A DNA stretch of 64,000 nucleotides from the IMG/VR virus record IMGVR_UViG_3300031998_000005; one strand, given 5' to 3'. The stretch is from a virus (lineage: Duplodnaviria; Caudoviricetes). How positions within the stretch are numbered: position 1 is the stretch's first letter; every line of letters starts with the position of its first letter. The notes under the pieces are model-generated. The model was not told the DNA's origin. It saw only the letters and a program-made list of their open reading frames with translations, and ran no database searches. The position numbers and the translations under genes are program-made. This document shows positions 51,296 through 63,036 of the stretch, piece after piece.

Positions 51296-54072
51296 TCACG
51301 ACAGGGACTCCTGGAACTTGCGGATGTCTTCAATCGGTTGCGTGGAGTATTCGGCAAGCACCTTGGCGAACCACTCCGTCTTGCGACCTGTGCCATTAGA
51401 CAGGTAGTCATTCAGCAGGGCAGTGACCTGTTCCCCACGAATATCCCACAGGGCTTCGGGGGCAGTGAAACTAGCGTCCACCATAACCTTGTTCAACGAT
51501 TCCTTCAAGTCCTTGTCTTCGGCAAGGTCAATAAGGTTTTTCAGCACCGTCGGAAATGCTCTCATTTTTAATTCTCCTTTTCAAAAGATAACGGGGTTTT
51601 ATTCATAGCCTTACACCATACGTTCGCACGGGCGTAATCATCAATAGCCTGCTTCTTAAAATTCGCAGTGATTAAATCCACAAGGTCATCCGATGGCTTG
51701 CAGAACTCCAAGATGTCCATAAACTTGAAGATGTTATACTTGACATTGAAACGGACACGGGTGTTCACAACCTCTGCCTTGGTCGCCTTTTCGGGAGTGA
51801 ACTCGGTCACTTCAATCACAACATCGCTAGTAGCGTCCACGAAATCCCAATCTTCATAGCCATTGGAGTGAACACCCTTTTCCACGGAAAGCACCCGCAG
51901 ATAGACGGAACGGACATACTTACCTTCCACGATGTTCCCGTCTGTTTCTTGATACCGAACGAATTTCTTTCCATCGTTCAAGGCATCTTTAAGCATTTCA
52001 AATTTCATAGGTCAATGCTCCATTAAAACTTGTTAAGCATTTCAATTTCTTTCAAGGATTCATCATCATACCCAAAGATTTCGGGATTGTGGGCATCCTT
52101 GTAAAACTGCTCCCACACCTTACGGGTCACATCAAGAACACCATCGTCAAGCATAGTGCCGAACCCAAACCACTCCCAATACTTTGTGCGGGCATAATAG
52201 AGCGGTTCTTCGTTAGGAACTAACTCATTGGTTTCTTCGTCAAAGAGTTCGCAGCAGGCGACATAATCCGTTTCGGGATTGAACACCCAATCTATCTCTT
52301 TCACTGCCTCCTGCCAACTATCAAAGATTTCCTTGTAGTTCGGGTCAGTAGAGAGTTTCTTGAACGGGATTACTTCCTTGCACTTGACCAAGAAGTGACG
52401 CATAAGCGTAATCTTGCCATCGTCAAACACGTGGTAGATTGTTCCCACCACAGGGATATTCTTGGCTTCCATACCTTCGGTTTCTTTTTCAATATCAGTC
52501 ATAAAGTCCTCTACTTTGTTCTGTCATAAATAAAATAAGCAATCACGATACACACAACAAGACGCATCGTCCACACTATGCCACGTAAAAGCAAATCCCC
52601 CAATGTATAGTTTTCCTTATCGGTTCTTACAATATAACGAGGATTTCGGGACTTACTTAATTTATCGGAACTAGCCGTCTTAAAAATCTTGCAGTTCCTA
52701 CCCTGCTCACAATCTTTCTGGCGAGGGCAAATCCTACAAGAACCATAGAATCCATATCCATTAGGGAATGCCATAATCTATTTCCTTTTAATCGTCACAG
52801 CGAACTTGTAAAGCGGTTCATCAATCGGGGCAATTTCAACCTTTGCCCAAGAATAGGCTTCCAATGCGGACTTGGCATACGCCATCGCAAAGTCAAGCGA
52901 AGCCATCTTCTTGGTAATCGGGCGGGTAGCCTTTTCGCCATCCACCTTAATCGTGGTGTTCTCTTTAACCCGAAACCATAACGGTCCAACCTTATCCAAC
53001 GGCACATCCTTGAACTTATGAAATCCTGCGGAACTCATACGGCACTCTCCTTAATGGGCATACCCAAGTTCAAGGGTCGTATCTTCCACGACCTCGTATT
53101 CAGCGACTTCTGCCTGTTCAAGTTTTTCCTTGGCAGTCTTCGGTTCTTCTTCCTGCGGTTCGTCATCGTCAAAGATAGACCACCAATTTCTAAAAGACGG
53201 GGGGTCTTCCTTGAAGTATTCAAAGTGCATATCATCGCCCCAACGGGATTTCCAATCGTATGTTCTTTCGGTTTCTTCCATAATCTTAATCTCCAAACAC
53301 TTCGCCCCACTCGGCTTTTTCCATTTTAGCCTGGACAGACTTGCCGAGAGCCTTATCTTCTACATAGTTAATATGCTTGCACTTGGAATAAAACTCCAAC
53401 TTTTCCATAACTCGGTTCTTGAGCCAACGGAACTCGTCAAGGTTCAATTCAAGAGTAATAATCCTATCAGCCATTAGACACCCTCTTACCTTCCATTAAA
53501 GGGACAATAATCTTGTTAAGGACATCCATATTGTTCTGGAAAGACTGCATCTGTAAATCCTGCACCTTGGCAATAAACTTATCCCACAGGGCATCCATAT
53601 CCGATTCGTGGGCTGCTTTTAATTTCGCAAGGAACTTACGAACATCGGATGCCATAAACCAACAATCTTCTTCAAGGGAGTATTCATCGGGAAGTTCTTT
53701 CAGTGCCTGTTCAAAGTTGCTATCCTTTTGATATTTCTTCATCGTAGGACTCTCTGTAAATATCAAATCATTTCCATCCATATAAAAGCCCGTAATTTCA
53801 CGGAGCGTAGTCTTTCCGTGTTTGTTGTAGGTCATAATCATTACGGAATACGAGCCACACTGCGGGTCATCCCATTCGTCAAGTTCCAACATAGAACACA
53901 AGTGATGTCGGAGCATTGGGGTTTCATCTTCACGATTTTCGTCAAAACGAAATATGCCATCCCTGCTACAAGCACTACCAAAATTATGGAACTTGCCATT
54001 AGCATCAAGGAACTTGACGTTCCCAGGAATATAGCCCGTCCACGCTACATTACACATTGTTTTTCGGTTCAT
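51296..54072 (-). CDS. run of hypothetical proteins (51296-51565, 51568-52008, 52023-52502, 52511-52774, 52778-53038, 53051-53296, 53286-53474, 53467-54072)
   Basis: Co-oriented ORFs. Confidence 0.65.
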
Positions 54073-54103
54073 ATCTGTCCTCGGTTAAATGGTTGTCCAC
54101 TAA

Positions 54104-54132
54104 AATATAACTAAATACCAAGTCAGTGTCAA
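54104..54132 (-). promoter_or_regulatory. conserved phage early promoter
   Basis: TTGACA-17-TATATT. Confidence 0.85.
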
Positions 54133-54171
54133 TAGGTAAAATGAAAATAATTGAACTTTTTTTCGTTATAC

Positions 54172-54201
54172 AAAAAGTCCTGTGGCTTGCACCACAGGAC
54201 T
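54172..54201 (-). terminator. intrinsic terminator
   Basis: AGTCCTGTGG..CCACAGGACT plus U-tract. Confidence 0.75.
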
Positions 54202-54226
54202 ACTCTTGAGGTATCAAATGAAAATC

Positions 54227-55054
54227 CTAGCCAAGCGACTTTTCCAAGTCGGCAAGCACCTTCGCAGCCTTGCCCATATCTATGTAGTCATCGCCAACAA
54301 CAGCCGAACGTTTCTGCACAAGTTTATTAACGATGTTTGAAATAGAAGCGGATGTCTTGCTCGTAGAGTCGTGGTCAATCATAACGCTAAATGCGTCACC
54401 ATTATACATACGAGGACGGAACTCCACCTTTGCAGACATCTTCACGGCATTACGGATGACATCTTCAAGTTCATCTATAAATACTCCAAGGTCATCGTCA
54501 AACTTATGCTGTTTCGGAGAAACCGACCTTTCCCTATCTACGGACTTCTTCAAATTATCCACAGGCTCACGGATGTCATCGCTAATGTAATCGTTAAAGT
54601 CCTTCTGCCATTCGGGACACTTCTCAAATGCCTGTTTAATAAGATACAGAACTCGTCCGCAGAACGGCTCAACCTCACCAACCGAACGACCCAACTTTAC
54701 CTGGTCGGGGTTAATATCGGCATACTTACAAAGAACATCTACGAACTCCTGTGCCTTCTTCTTATCCTTGAACCAAAACTTGTATTGTTCCTTTCCTGTG
54801 CCATCGGACCATTCCACACCATACTTACCAACAATATAAGGCACGATAAATTTCTTGAACTTCCAAGAGTGGTCGTTATTCTTGTTGTAGTTCAAGATGT
54901 CCTGTGCCTTGCCATAACGACCTCTATTGTCATTATACGGGTCACGGGCTGCGACAGCATTGTAGTTCACAACATCGTCAATACCTTCGGCACGGCTACC
55001 ACGCCTGCAAAGACTTTCAATCTTCTTCTGCATTGAACAACGAAACTTGGTCAT
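54227..55054 (-). CDS. CSMQKKIESL-tagged hypothetical protein
   Basis: Shared N-terminal tag; monocistronic unit. Confidence 0.8.
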   Translation of the reverse strand: MTKFRCSMQKKIESLCRRGSRAEGIDDVVNYNAVAARDPYNDNRGRYGKAQDILNYNKNNDHSWKFKKFIVPYIVGKYGVEWSDGTGKEQYKFWFKDKKKAQEFVDVLCKYADINPDQVKLGRSVGEVEPFCGRVLYLIKQAFEKCPEWQKDFNDYISDDIREPVDNLKKSVDRERSVSPKQHKFDDDLGVFIDELEDVIRNAVKMSAKVEFRPRMYNGDAFSVMIDHDSTSKTSASISNIVNKLVQKRSAVVGDDYIDMGKAAKVLADLEKSLG

Positions 55055-55116
55055 AACGATTTCCTTTCTAAAAAGTTTGGAACAGGATTTGAACTAAATA
55101 TACTAAAATGTCGGAA

Positions 55117-57114
55117 CTACCAACCTTTCGCCTTCTCGGTAATAGTCGCATAATCCCACTTACGCCACCAAGACGGCTCTCCGCACTTACAAATGGGCTT
55201 ACCATCACACCACCCATAGACATCAATAGTCACCATAAAGGCTCGGTAGGTAGCCTTTGCCCGTTCGTTCGGGGTCATCTGCGACATAACGTCCTTGCAG
55301 GCTCTCATAGGTGTGCCATCCCTAAAAGGATTGACAGCCGTGTATTTCTTCGTAAAGAACAGGAACTTACGCACCGTCGCCTGTATGCCGTAAAAGCGGT
55401 TCGTTCCCGATTCAAGTTCCATTTCGTCTGTGATAATCTTCGGATTCATAATATCTCCTTTCGGTTTAGTGGTTGAAAATCTTTTCCAATTCGTCACGGG
55501 TCACACGGATATAGCGTTCCGTGCGGGAATCCCTGTGCGGATAGTAGCCGACCGACAGGGTGTTCCGGGTCGGGTCGTAGTCGTTCACTTCGGGGATAAT
55601 CTGCGAGATAACAGGGCAATCCACGGACATAGAGTCGTGGTCGTAGATGACCTTCTGCAACATCATACAGACTTGATTGTAGCGTTCCACGACAGCGATA
55701 GCGTCATCAGCGGGTGTATTCTTTGCCATCGGCTTCCCCCTGCTTTCTCAAATTTTCAAGCATACTGCGAACATCGTCTTCCTTGAACATAAAGCCAAGA
55801 GAGCCGTCAATCAGTTCGTGCATAAAGTTCAATCGGTTTTCTTCGCTTACCTTATTCAAGTAGCGTTGGACATCCCCACGGGGGTCAGCCATCACGATTA
55901 AACGGTCCAACATCGCACGGGCGTTTTCCGCAACTTGCAGAAACGCACCGCTCCGCTTGATACGTTCGTGAATTTCTCGGTCAGCCTGCATAGCAAGGGC
56001 TGTCTTCATTTTCTCAACTACGTGTGCATTGGCTTTACGCAGTTCCGCAATTTCCTGTTCGTGGGCTTCTTTCAGCGATGCCACGAGAGCGTCCACGTCC
56101 GATACCTTGTTCCATTTCTCACGGGAGAAATTGTAGGCAGTCGGGCGATTGTTCAATGCCTGTTCAAAAGTCATATCAGTTCCTCGGTTCGGGATGTTCA
56201 ACAAGTTTAAGGTATTCAGCAATCTTGGCTTCGTCCACGGGGTCAAGGCTAAACCCTTCCACAAAGCATCCCCCGCAGTTGATGTAAAAGGACCGGCACA
56301 TAGAGTAGCGGGCGTTCTCCACCACGGGTGTCTTGTCAGCGGACACATACAGGGTCTGCGAAGACAACGCCACCACGCTATCCCCGCTACCCTTCTCAAA
56401 CGAGATAACGAAATGGTAAATTTCCTTACTGCTGTAAGGGGCAATCTCCCGCATCCACTTGCGGGTAAAATTCGCAGACAGGTATTCCAAAAGGTTGTCC
56501 TTGAAAGTATCAAGGATAGCGACCTTTTCGTTGGTCGCATCCTCAATCTGTTTCTCGGATTCCTTGATGATAAGGGTCTGCTTGTCGTAGCACTCTTTAA
56601 GGTGCGTCAAGGTTTCGTTAATCATATTGTTTCTCCATTAGTGGTTAGCCCACTTGTCAAGGAAAGCGTCAATGTCATCTTCGGTTTCAATCTTATCGGC
56701 AATCACACGCCAAATGCACACGCCATCCCACCCGTTCTGCACTCCATATTCCAGGGTGCGGATATGGGCGAGTCCTTCTGCGGAATAAATGTCGGGAGCA
56801 ACTACCACGTCAATGTGGTCTTCTTCCACCCTTTTCCAATCGGGGGTAGAGATTTCCTTCTGCAACTGCGGGTCCCAATAGGAATTACCCCTAGAAAGAA
56901 TGATAGCGGTCTTGAATACATAGGTGTTCCAATTCATTTGACTATCCCCCGATTAGGCTTCCTTAATGACTTCAGCGATGGTGTCGGGAACAGCATTCCA
57001 CTTGTCAGCGTGGGCTTGTGCCTTACGCATAGACGGGAATGTTCTAGGAATGGTGGTGCTTTTGTTCGTGCTTTTGCAACGAATCTTGACGAAGTATTTT
57101 GTAGCCATTGTCAT
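55117..57114 (-). CDS. run of hypothetical proteins (55117-55449, 55466-55729, 55707-56174, 56176-56625, 56638-56937, 56953-57114)
   Basis: Co-oriented ORFs. Confidence 0.65.
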
Positions 57115-57149
57115 ATCCTCGGTTATGGTGGTTGGTTGTCTATACCACA

Positions 57150-57178
57150 AATATAACAAAATACCAACCTGTTGTCAA
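57150..57178 (-). promoter_or_regulatory. conserved phage early promoter
   Basis: TTGACA-17-TATATT. Confidence 0.85.
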
Positions 57179-57216
57179 TAGGTGTTGTTAAAATTTTTAA
57201 CTTTTTTTTGAAGCAC

Positions 57217-58248
57217 CTAGACGATGTAATCCACGGGGGTTGTTCCGTTCACTGCACCCTTACGCCTGTAAGCATAGTGAGCCTTGACTAGAACCGCCTT
57301 GCCGTGCATACGAGCATAATGGGCACGGACGAACCAACTAGCCACGTTAAAGTTCTTCTGCTCACGGACGCACTGCGAGGCACTCTCGTATTTCTTCCAA
57401 TTCTCGTCAGTGATGTGGATATAGCGGTAGGCTACCGAATGCTTTAAGGGTTTCTTTCCCGCCAGGATTACGGGCTTGTCGGATGCGTGGCGGGCGTAGT
57501 CGGGTTCGGAACAAATCTCGCAAGTGTGGAGCGTTTCAGCAATCCACAAGTTCGCCAACAAAGCCTCCACATCAAATAGGTTTCCAGTTTCCCAATTATC
57601 GTAATTCTCGTCATACTCCACAGTAGCCCCTTTCAGTTCCCTATCACGCAGATTGGGATGGATAGGGATATTAAAGTATTCGTTCTCCCCAATCTTGGGC
57701 TTACGCCTGTGCAGGATAAGGCACATTTCCGTGGACGCAATCAAGTAGATATATTCCGTATGTCCGTTGATGGGGAGTTCAAGCAGTTCTTCATAAAAGT
57801 TCCCCGCTATGTCATCCAGGATTATTTCTTCGGGGCTATTCAATGCGGACTGATACAGATGTTCCCTGTAATCCATACGGATGTCCTTGGTCGGCTGTCC
57901 AAGCGAAAGCAGGAAACGGGTCGCCCGTTCGGACAACTTGCGGATTTTACAGGTCGGGCTAGGATAGATGTAGGAATTACACAGATGTTCGTTGATATTC
58001 GTTCCGTAAGGACCGTATAGCGAAACAGGAGGATGACCCAACTTTTCGTGGGCTGCGATAGTCAAGGGCAGGACTTTAAGCCTACGCTTGCGATTAAGGT
58101 CAGCCTTGTCCATACACTGCTCACGCAGGGCGTTCGTCACGCTCTCGGTGCAACACAGGTCAAGCAGTTCCTTTGCCATTTCGTTGCACCCGAAGATGAT
58201 GGGGTTCACGGCATCTTCAACTTTCTTCGGCTTGTTCTTCTTGGACAT
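57217..58248 (-). CDS. hypothetical protein with basic C-terminal WFVRAHYAR..VKAHY motif
   Basis: 343-aa ORF, CCGAGG RBS. Confidence 0.75.
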   Translation of the reverse strand: MSKKNKPKKVEDAVNPIIFGCNEMAKELLDLCCTESVTNALREQCMDKADLNRKRRLKVLPLTIAAHEKLGHPPVSLYGPYGTNINEHLCNSYIYPSPTCKIRKLSERATRFLLSLGQPTKDIRMDYREHLYQSALNSPEEIILDDIAGNFYEELLELPINGHTEYIYLIASTEMCLILHRRKPKIGENEYFNIPIHPNLRDRELKGATVEYDENYDNWETGNLFDVEALLANLWIAETLHTCEICSEPDYARHASDKPVILAGKKPLKHSVAYRYIHITDENWKKYESASQCVREQKNFNVASWFVRAHYARMHGKAVLVKAHYAYRRKGAVNGTTPVDYIV

Positions 58249-58259
58249 ACGACCCTCGG

Positions 58260-58709
58260 CTAGAAATACAGACGAACAGAACAAGAGGTCTTGGTGGTTT
58301 TCAGTTCCGTCCGAACATTACCCACGGATTCGGCAAAAGCCTTGAAAGCATTACTGCCAACAATCTGCTTATACTTGCAGTCGGCTTCGTTATGCTTGTC
58401 GCCATAAGTTCCCTTACGGGCGATAAGGACATTTACTGCGTGTTCAAGTTTCTTGTATTTCCGTTCAGCAATATCCCTGCGGACAAATTCCTTGTCCCTA
58501 GCAACGATAAGACCCGTCATAACTTGGTCAAGGTTCTTAATCTCACAATCGTAGGGATAATCGGGCAGGCTCACAAGTTTAATCGTGATGGCTCTCTTGG
58601 AGAGTTGGCGAGTAGCAATCGGGAAATTCCTTGTAGATACAAGCCCTTTCTTCACGATGGCTTTCTTGAATTGGACGAGCAGGGGTTTGATTTCGGTCAG
58701 TTCTACCAT
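58260..58709 (-). CDS. hypothetical protein
   Basis: First gene after promoter. Confidence 0.7.
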   Translation of the reverse strand: MVELTEIKPLLVQFKKAIVKKGLVSTRNFPIATRQLSKRAITIKLVSLPDYPYDCEIKNLDQVMTGLIVARDKEFVRRDIAERKYKKLEHAVNVLIARKGTYGDKHNEADCKYKQIVGSNAFKAFAESVGNVRTELKTTKTSCSVRLYF

Positions 58710-58747
58710 TGGGTTATCCTCGGTTGAAAGTGGTTATCCTTAACCCA

Positions 58748-58776
58748 AATATAACAAAATACCGAACACCTGTCAA
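58748..58776 (-). promoter_or_regulatory. conserved phage early promoter
   Basis: TTGACA-17-TATATT. Confidence 0.85.
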
Positions 58777-58807
58777 TACATATTTTTAATTTTTTTTTGA
58801 AAAAGTT

Positions 58808-61800
58808 TTAGACCCCGCAAATATGTTGCAAGGTAGTCAGCACCGATGACACCCGTTTAGGGTCATCCCGCCTATACAGCACCCCGTCATCGGGGAGCAG
58901 GGAAGGGCTAAATATCGCCTCTATATCCGCTACGTCCACCTTGGTAGTGCCGACAATCAAGGTATGCTTGAACGGGCTACCTGGGGGGTTCATACCATAC
59001 TTGTTAGAGTGGTATTCGCTTTTCAGTTCCACGAACTCGCCCGTAACATCCACGTTATAGCCGTCATCGCTCACAAAGGTAATCACACGCAGTATCATTC
59101 CAATATCCCCTGTTTCGTATCTCGCAGATAGTTGGACGCAGCCTGCACAAGTTCGCAGATTTGCAGATAGCACCAATCCACCGCCTTGCAATCCGTGACC
59201 GTCAGCCACAGGTCTTCGTGTTCAATCCCCCACCCCTTTTCGTCATTCATATCTATAACGGCATCACCCCAAGACTCAATCGTATCTCGGTCGGAACACA
59301 GGTTCTCCAAATCTTCTGCGGTCACTCCGTAATCAGCATAATCTTCAAGCAGGGTCTTTTTCAGCAAGTCTTCGTCCACGCTCCTATCCCAATAGTGGCG
59401 AGGAGCGGACTCCAACTTTTCTGCCCAATATCCTGGATTGGTATGGTTGCCACAGAAAAAGCGGTAGGGGTTCACGATGTTCCCCTTGAACACCCAACAG
59501 CCGTAATCCCCGATAACGGACACGTCCTTGTCGGTAAAACGGATATGGATAGGATAGCCCCCTCGGTTAGAGAAATTAACTTCTATATACTGCTTGCTAG
59601 GGTTGCACTCCATCGTAGATTTGATGTCAAAGTCGCTCATTGTAATTTCCTCGCTCTATCGGGTGGAAGCATAAAGGGTTCGCCTGGAACTGACACAAAC
59701 TCGTTCAAGGCTCTGTCGCCCCGAATATCCCGCAGATTTTGATAGGCTAGTTCCGAACGCAGAAAGTTCGCCACAGCCCCCAACTTTGCCCCGTGTTCAA
59801 AGTGCTTATAGATTCCCGCATACTTGTAGAGTTCCATCAGCGGTTCAATGTCCGTTTGGAATATAATCGTGTCCTTGCCTTTGCAGGGATTAAGGTTGTA
59901 GTAAGGGTCGGTATTGATAAACAGGAAGCCGTGGTCGCCCGAAAACTGCCAACCATCTTCACTGCTGTAATCCTTACACCCATAAGGAGCATACGCAATA
60001 AGATGCTCGTCGTGGTTGAACCATCTTGAATAAGGCACGGCAAGAATAAACAGGTGGTCTTTGTTCTTCAAGCCAAAGTTCGGGATATACGGTCCAAACT
60101 CCCTCGCAAACCCACTGCACCATCCCAGGATTTCCCCAAGAATTACGGGTTGCAAGGCATAAAACCCTAGATACTTCAAGGCAGCGTCCAACCTAATCGG
60201 GAAATCCCCCCGTTCCATAGAAGTAATGTAGCCCGCCTTCTTCGGCTCGGCATAGGCACTAGGGTCTAAATTACCCGCAATCCTAATAAGACAGGCTGCG
60301 GTCTGTTCGGACATCCCCAAACCTTTAAGGATTTCAAAGTCGTGTTTCTGTTGCTTGTTCATCATCACTCCACAATTTCACATTCAACGGGTTCGGCTTT
60401 CGCAAGTTTATCCTTGCGGTCAAGACACCCGTGGTCATCGGATTTCCAAAAGTTATACATCGGGCAGTCCTTAACCAAATCCCCGATAATGCGTATAGTT
60501 GTAACACCGCTAGGGGGCTGATACCATTTTGTCGGTTCGTCTTTTGTCATAGTTCAATATCTCCTATACGATTTCAGCCATATTCCAATTTAGTCGGGAG
60601 TTCCTACGGATAAGGGCATACTGCTTCTTGCCAACCAGGGCAAGCAGTGATTCGGCAGAATGAACAGGCTGTGTCCATATCCCCTTTTTCTTGGAACAGA
60701 ACACCAACAAGGGGTAAACAGGTATATTACCGAAATCCCTATGGTCATCGTAGAACATAAGGGCGAACAGCAGATTGTTTATGCCCAAGCCACCCACGGC
60801 AATCACGCTCATACTCTTGGCTCTCATATTAGTTATCGGGCGACCGAAAGCATAGGGCATTCCCTTGATAAACGGAATCCACTGATGGTATGCCCCTTCG
60901 TCATCCCAATAGGCAAGCGTGTCGCCAATGACCTTGACATCCTTACGCCAATAGGTCTTACAGGTCGCCAAGTTCTCCCTGTGTTCAATCTTGTCGGCAA
61001 GCCACTTACGGATTTTTCTTAACATCTTTCTTCTCCATCAACGGTCCTAACGAGTCTATCATAAAGACCGAAGCCATAGCGTCATCGCAGTCCTTGGAAG
61101 GTTCGTGAACCAAATCCCCCAAGGCTTTGTTATATTCTTCCAATGTCTTTACATCACAAGTCCGTATATCCATATTTAGAAACAGCCTGCGGATTTCTTC
61201 AAGTTCTTCGGGTGTCGGTCCAATCTTGGCATAGAAAGCCAAGTTGGTCTTATGGCGAAGGTCAAGAACATCCGCAAGGGGTAATCCTACAACATCTTCA
61301 TCAGCCATACTACACCCTCTGCTTTCTAGGAAGTTTCAGCAGTTCCACCGCTTCATCGTTAGGCAACCATCTGCGAGAGCCGTCAGCCATACGCACGAGT
61401 TTGTTGGCATTGTTCTGCTTGATGTGCCACTGATAGGTCTTGATGACTGCATCATACATCGCAATAAGTTTGCTAGAATCACGGGTCTTTGCCGAGTAGG
61501 GGTTCTCGGCATCTTCACGCAGGACACGTTCCTTTTCAGCCTGCAAGAGTTCCAGGATTTCCTTGCGAGAGATACCGACCCGCTTGGCTCGTTTCCTTAC
61601 AGGTTTCTCCACGGGAGTTTCCGCAGGAGTTTCTTCGTGAGCCTGTGGTTTCTTCGGAAAGCACTCGGACATAGAGAACTGCTCAATCCGCTTCATAATG
61701 AGATTTTCGGACATATACTTGTCAAAGACAATCTGCACACCCGCAAATTTCATCAAGGATTCCAACATACGGGTCGTATCTTCTTTCAAATACATCGCCT

Positions 61801-62140
61801 CAAAGATTTGGCGACCCCGATTAGTCTTGCCCGTATATGCACCATCGCCATAGATGGCAATAAATGACATCGGCATAATGGAGTCATACGGAAAACTAAT
61901 TTCGTAATTGTCAATCGGTTGGAGTTTATCCTTGAGCGTTTCATTGGTCTCATATTTCTTGAACACCCTATTCGCAGCGAAACCGACAATATACAGGGGA
62001 GCGTCATCATCGGGAGCAATCCCTTTGAAGAACTTGCAATCCTTGATAACCTGGTTGTCTATCAGCACCTTGGGGCTGACGGGCTTGAACACGTAGCCCC
62101 CGAACTTATGGAGCGAAATAATCAAATGGTCGGGAATCAT
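58808..62140 (-). CDS. run of hypothetical proteins (58808-59098, 59095-59640, 59637-60368, 60365-60550, 60564-61025, 61006-61308, 61310-62140)
   Basis: Translationally coupled ORFs. Confidence 0.7.
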
Positions 62141-62170
62141 AATATCCTCGGTTTGGTTGTCCTGCCCTAG

Positions 62171-62199
62171 AATATAACAAAATACCTAGTCGGTGTCAA
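62171..62199 (-). promoter_or_regulatory. conserved phage early promoter
   Basis: TTGACA-17-TATATT. Confidence 0.85.
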
Positions 62200-62202
62200 T
62201 AC

Positions 62203-63033
62203 TTAATGCAAATTATCCCAAAAATTATCTGCGGTTTCCCTGTCCTGTTTACGCTTTCGCCAAAACTTTCCGTAGAGCCATTCATTAGGCATTACCACAA
62301 AGATGACGATAGCCGTGATAATAATGATGGCGAAGATGACCCAAAAGATTGGAACGCCCCACTTGTGAACCAATTTATCCACGGCAGTGTCCAAACCTAC
62401 GCCATCAAGGAACTTGGCATCGTTGAACTGATGGTTGTCAATGTTCGCATACACGGTGCCCGTGTAGGACAGGCTACGCCCGTAATAGACATACCTCTGC
62501 TTGTTAGAAAAGAAACTACTAGAACGCACGGGAACTGTTCCGACATAGTTTTCCCACGGCAGTTCGGGGAACGCAGAATAGTAAAAGTTCCTACCCAGGA
62601 AATTGACTTGACTTACGGAGAACACATCCCTGTCAATCGCATCCCACGTCCAATACGTTTCCGTATGGCAGTGGCGGTTCTTACCCTCACCCGTGCAAAC
62701 GGTCCTATGGTGCTTTCGGTATTCTTCAAGAACACGGGTAAGCGTCATATAGTTCCCAATACCTTCATCGGTCACGAAACCGATAGCACTCACAGTTCCG
62801 TAAGCAAGCGTGTGTCCTGCGTTCGTCTTGAACGCATAGTTGAATTGGGTGCTGTCCGCAATCTTGACCGCCTGGTAATACTTTACATTAGCGTCATCTT
62901 CGCAACTGCGGATAGAGCCTGCAATACACAAACCCCCGACAAAGGCAAGCAGGAAGAACAAAACGGAAACGAACATTTCACGCTTGGTCACTTCCACTTC
63001 GGGTTCGTTGTTATAAGAGTAAGGGTAAGACAT
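62203..63033 (-). CDS. two-TM membrane protein, LemA-adjacent
   Basis: N- and C-terminal TM helices flanking a soluble domain. Confidence 0.75.
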   Translation of the reverse strand: MSYPYSYNNEPEVEVTKREMFVSVLFFLLAFVGGLCIAGSIRSCEDDANVKYYQAVKIADSTQFNYAFKTNAGHTLAYGTVSAIGFVTDEGIGNYMTLTRVLEEYRKHHRTVCTGEGKNRHCHTETYWTWDAIDRDVFSVSQVNFLGRNFYYSAFPELPWENYVGTVPVRSSSFFSNKQRYVYYGRSLSYTGTVYANIDNHQFNDAKFLDGVGLDTAVDKLVHKWGVPIFWVIFAIIIITAIVIFVVMPNEWLYGKFWRKRKQDRETADNFWDNLH

Positions 63034-63036
63034 AGA

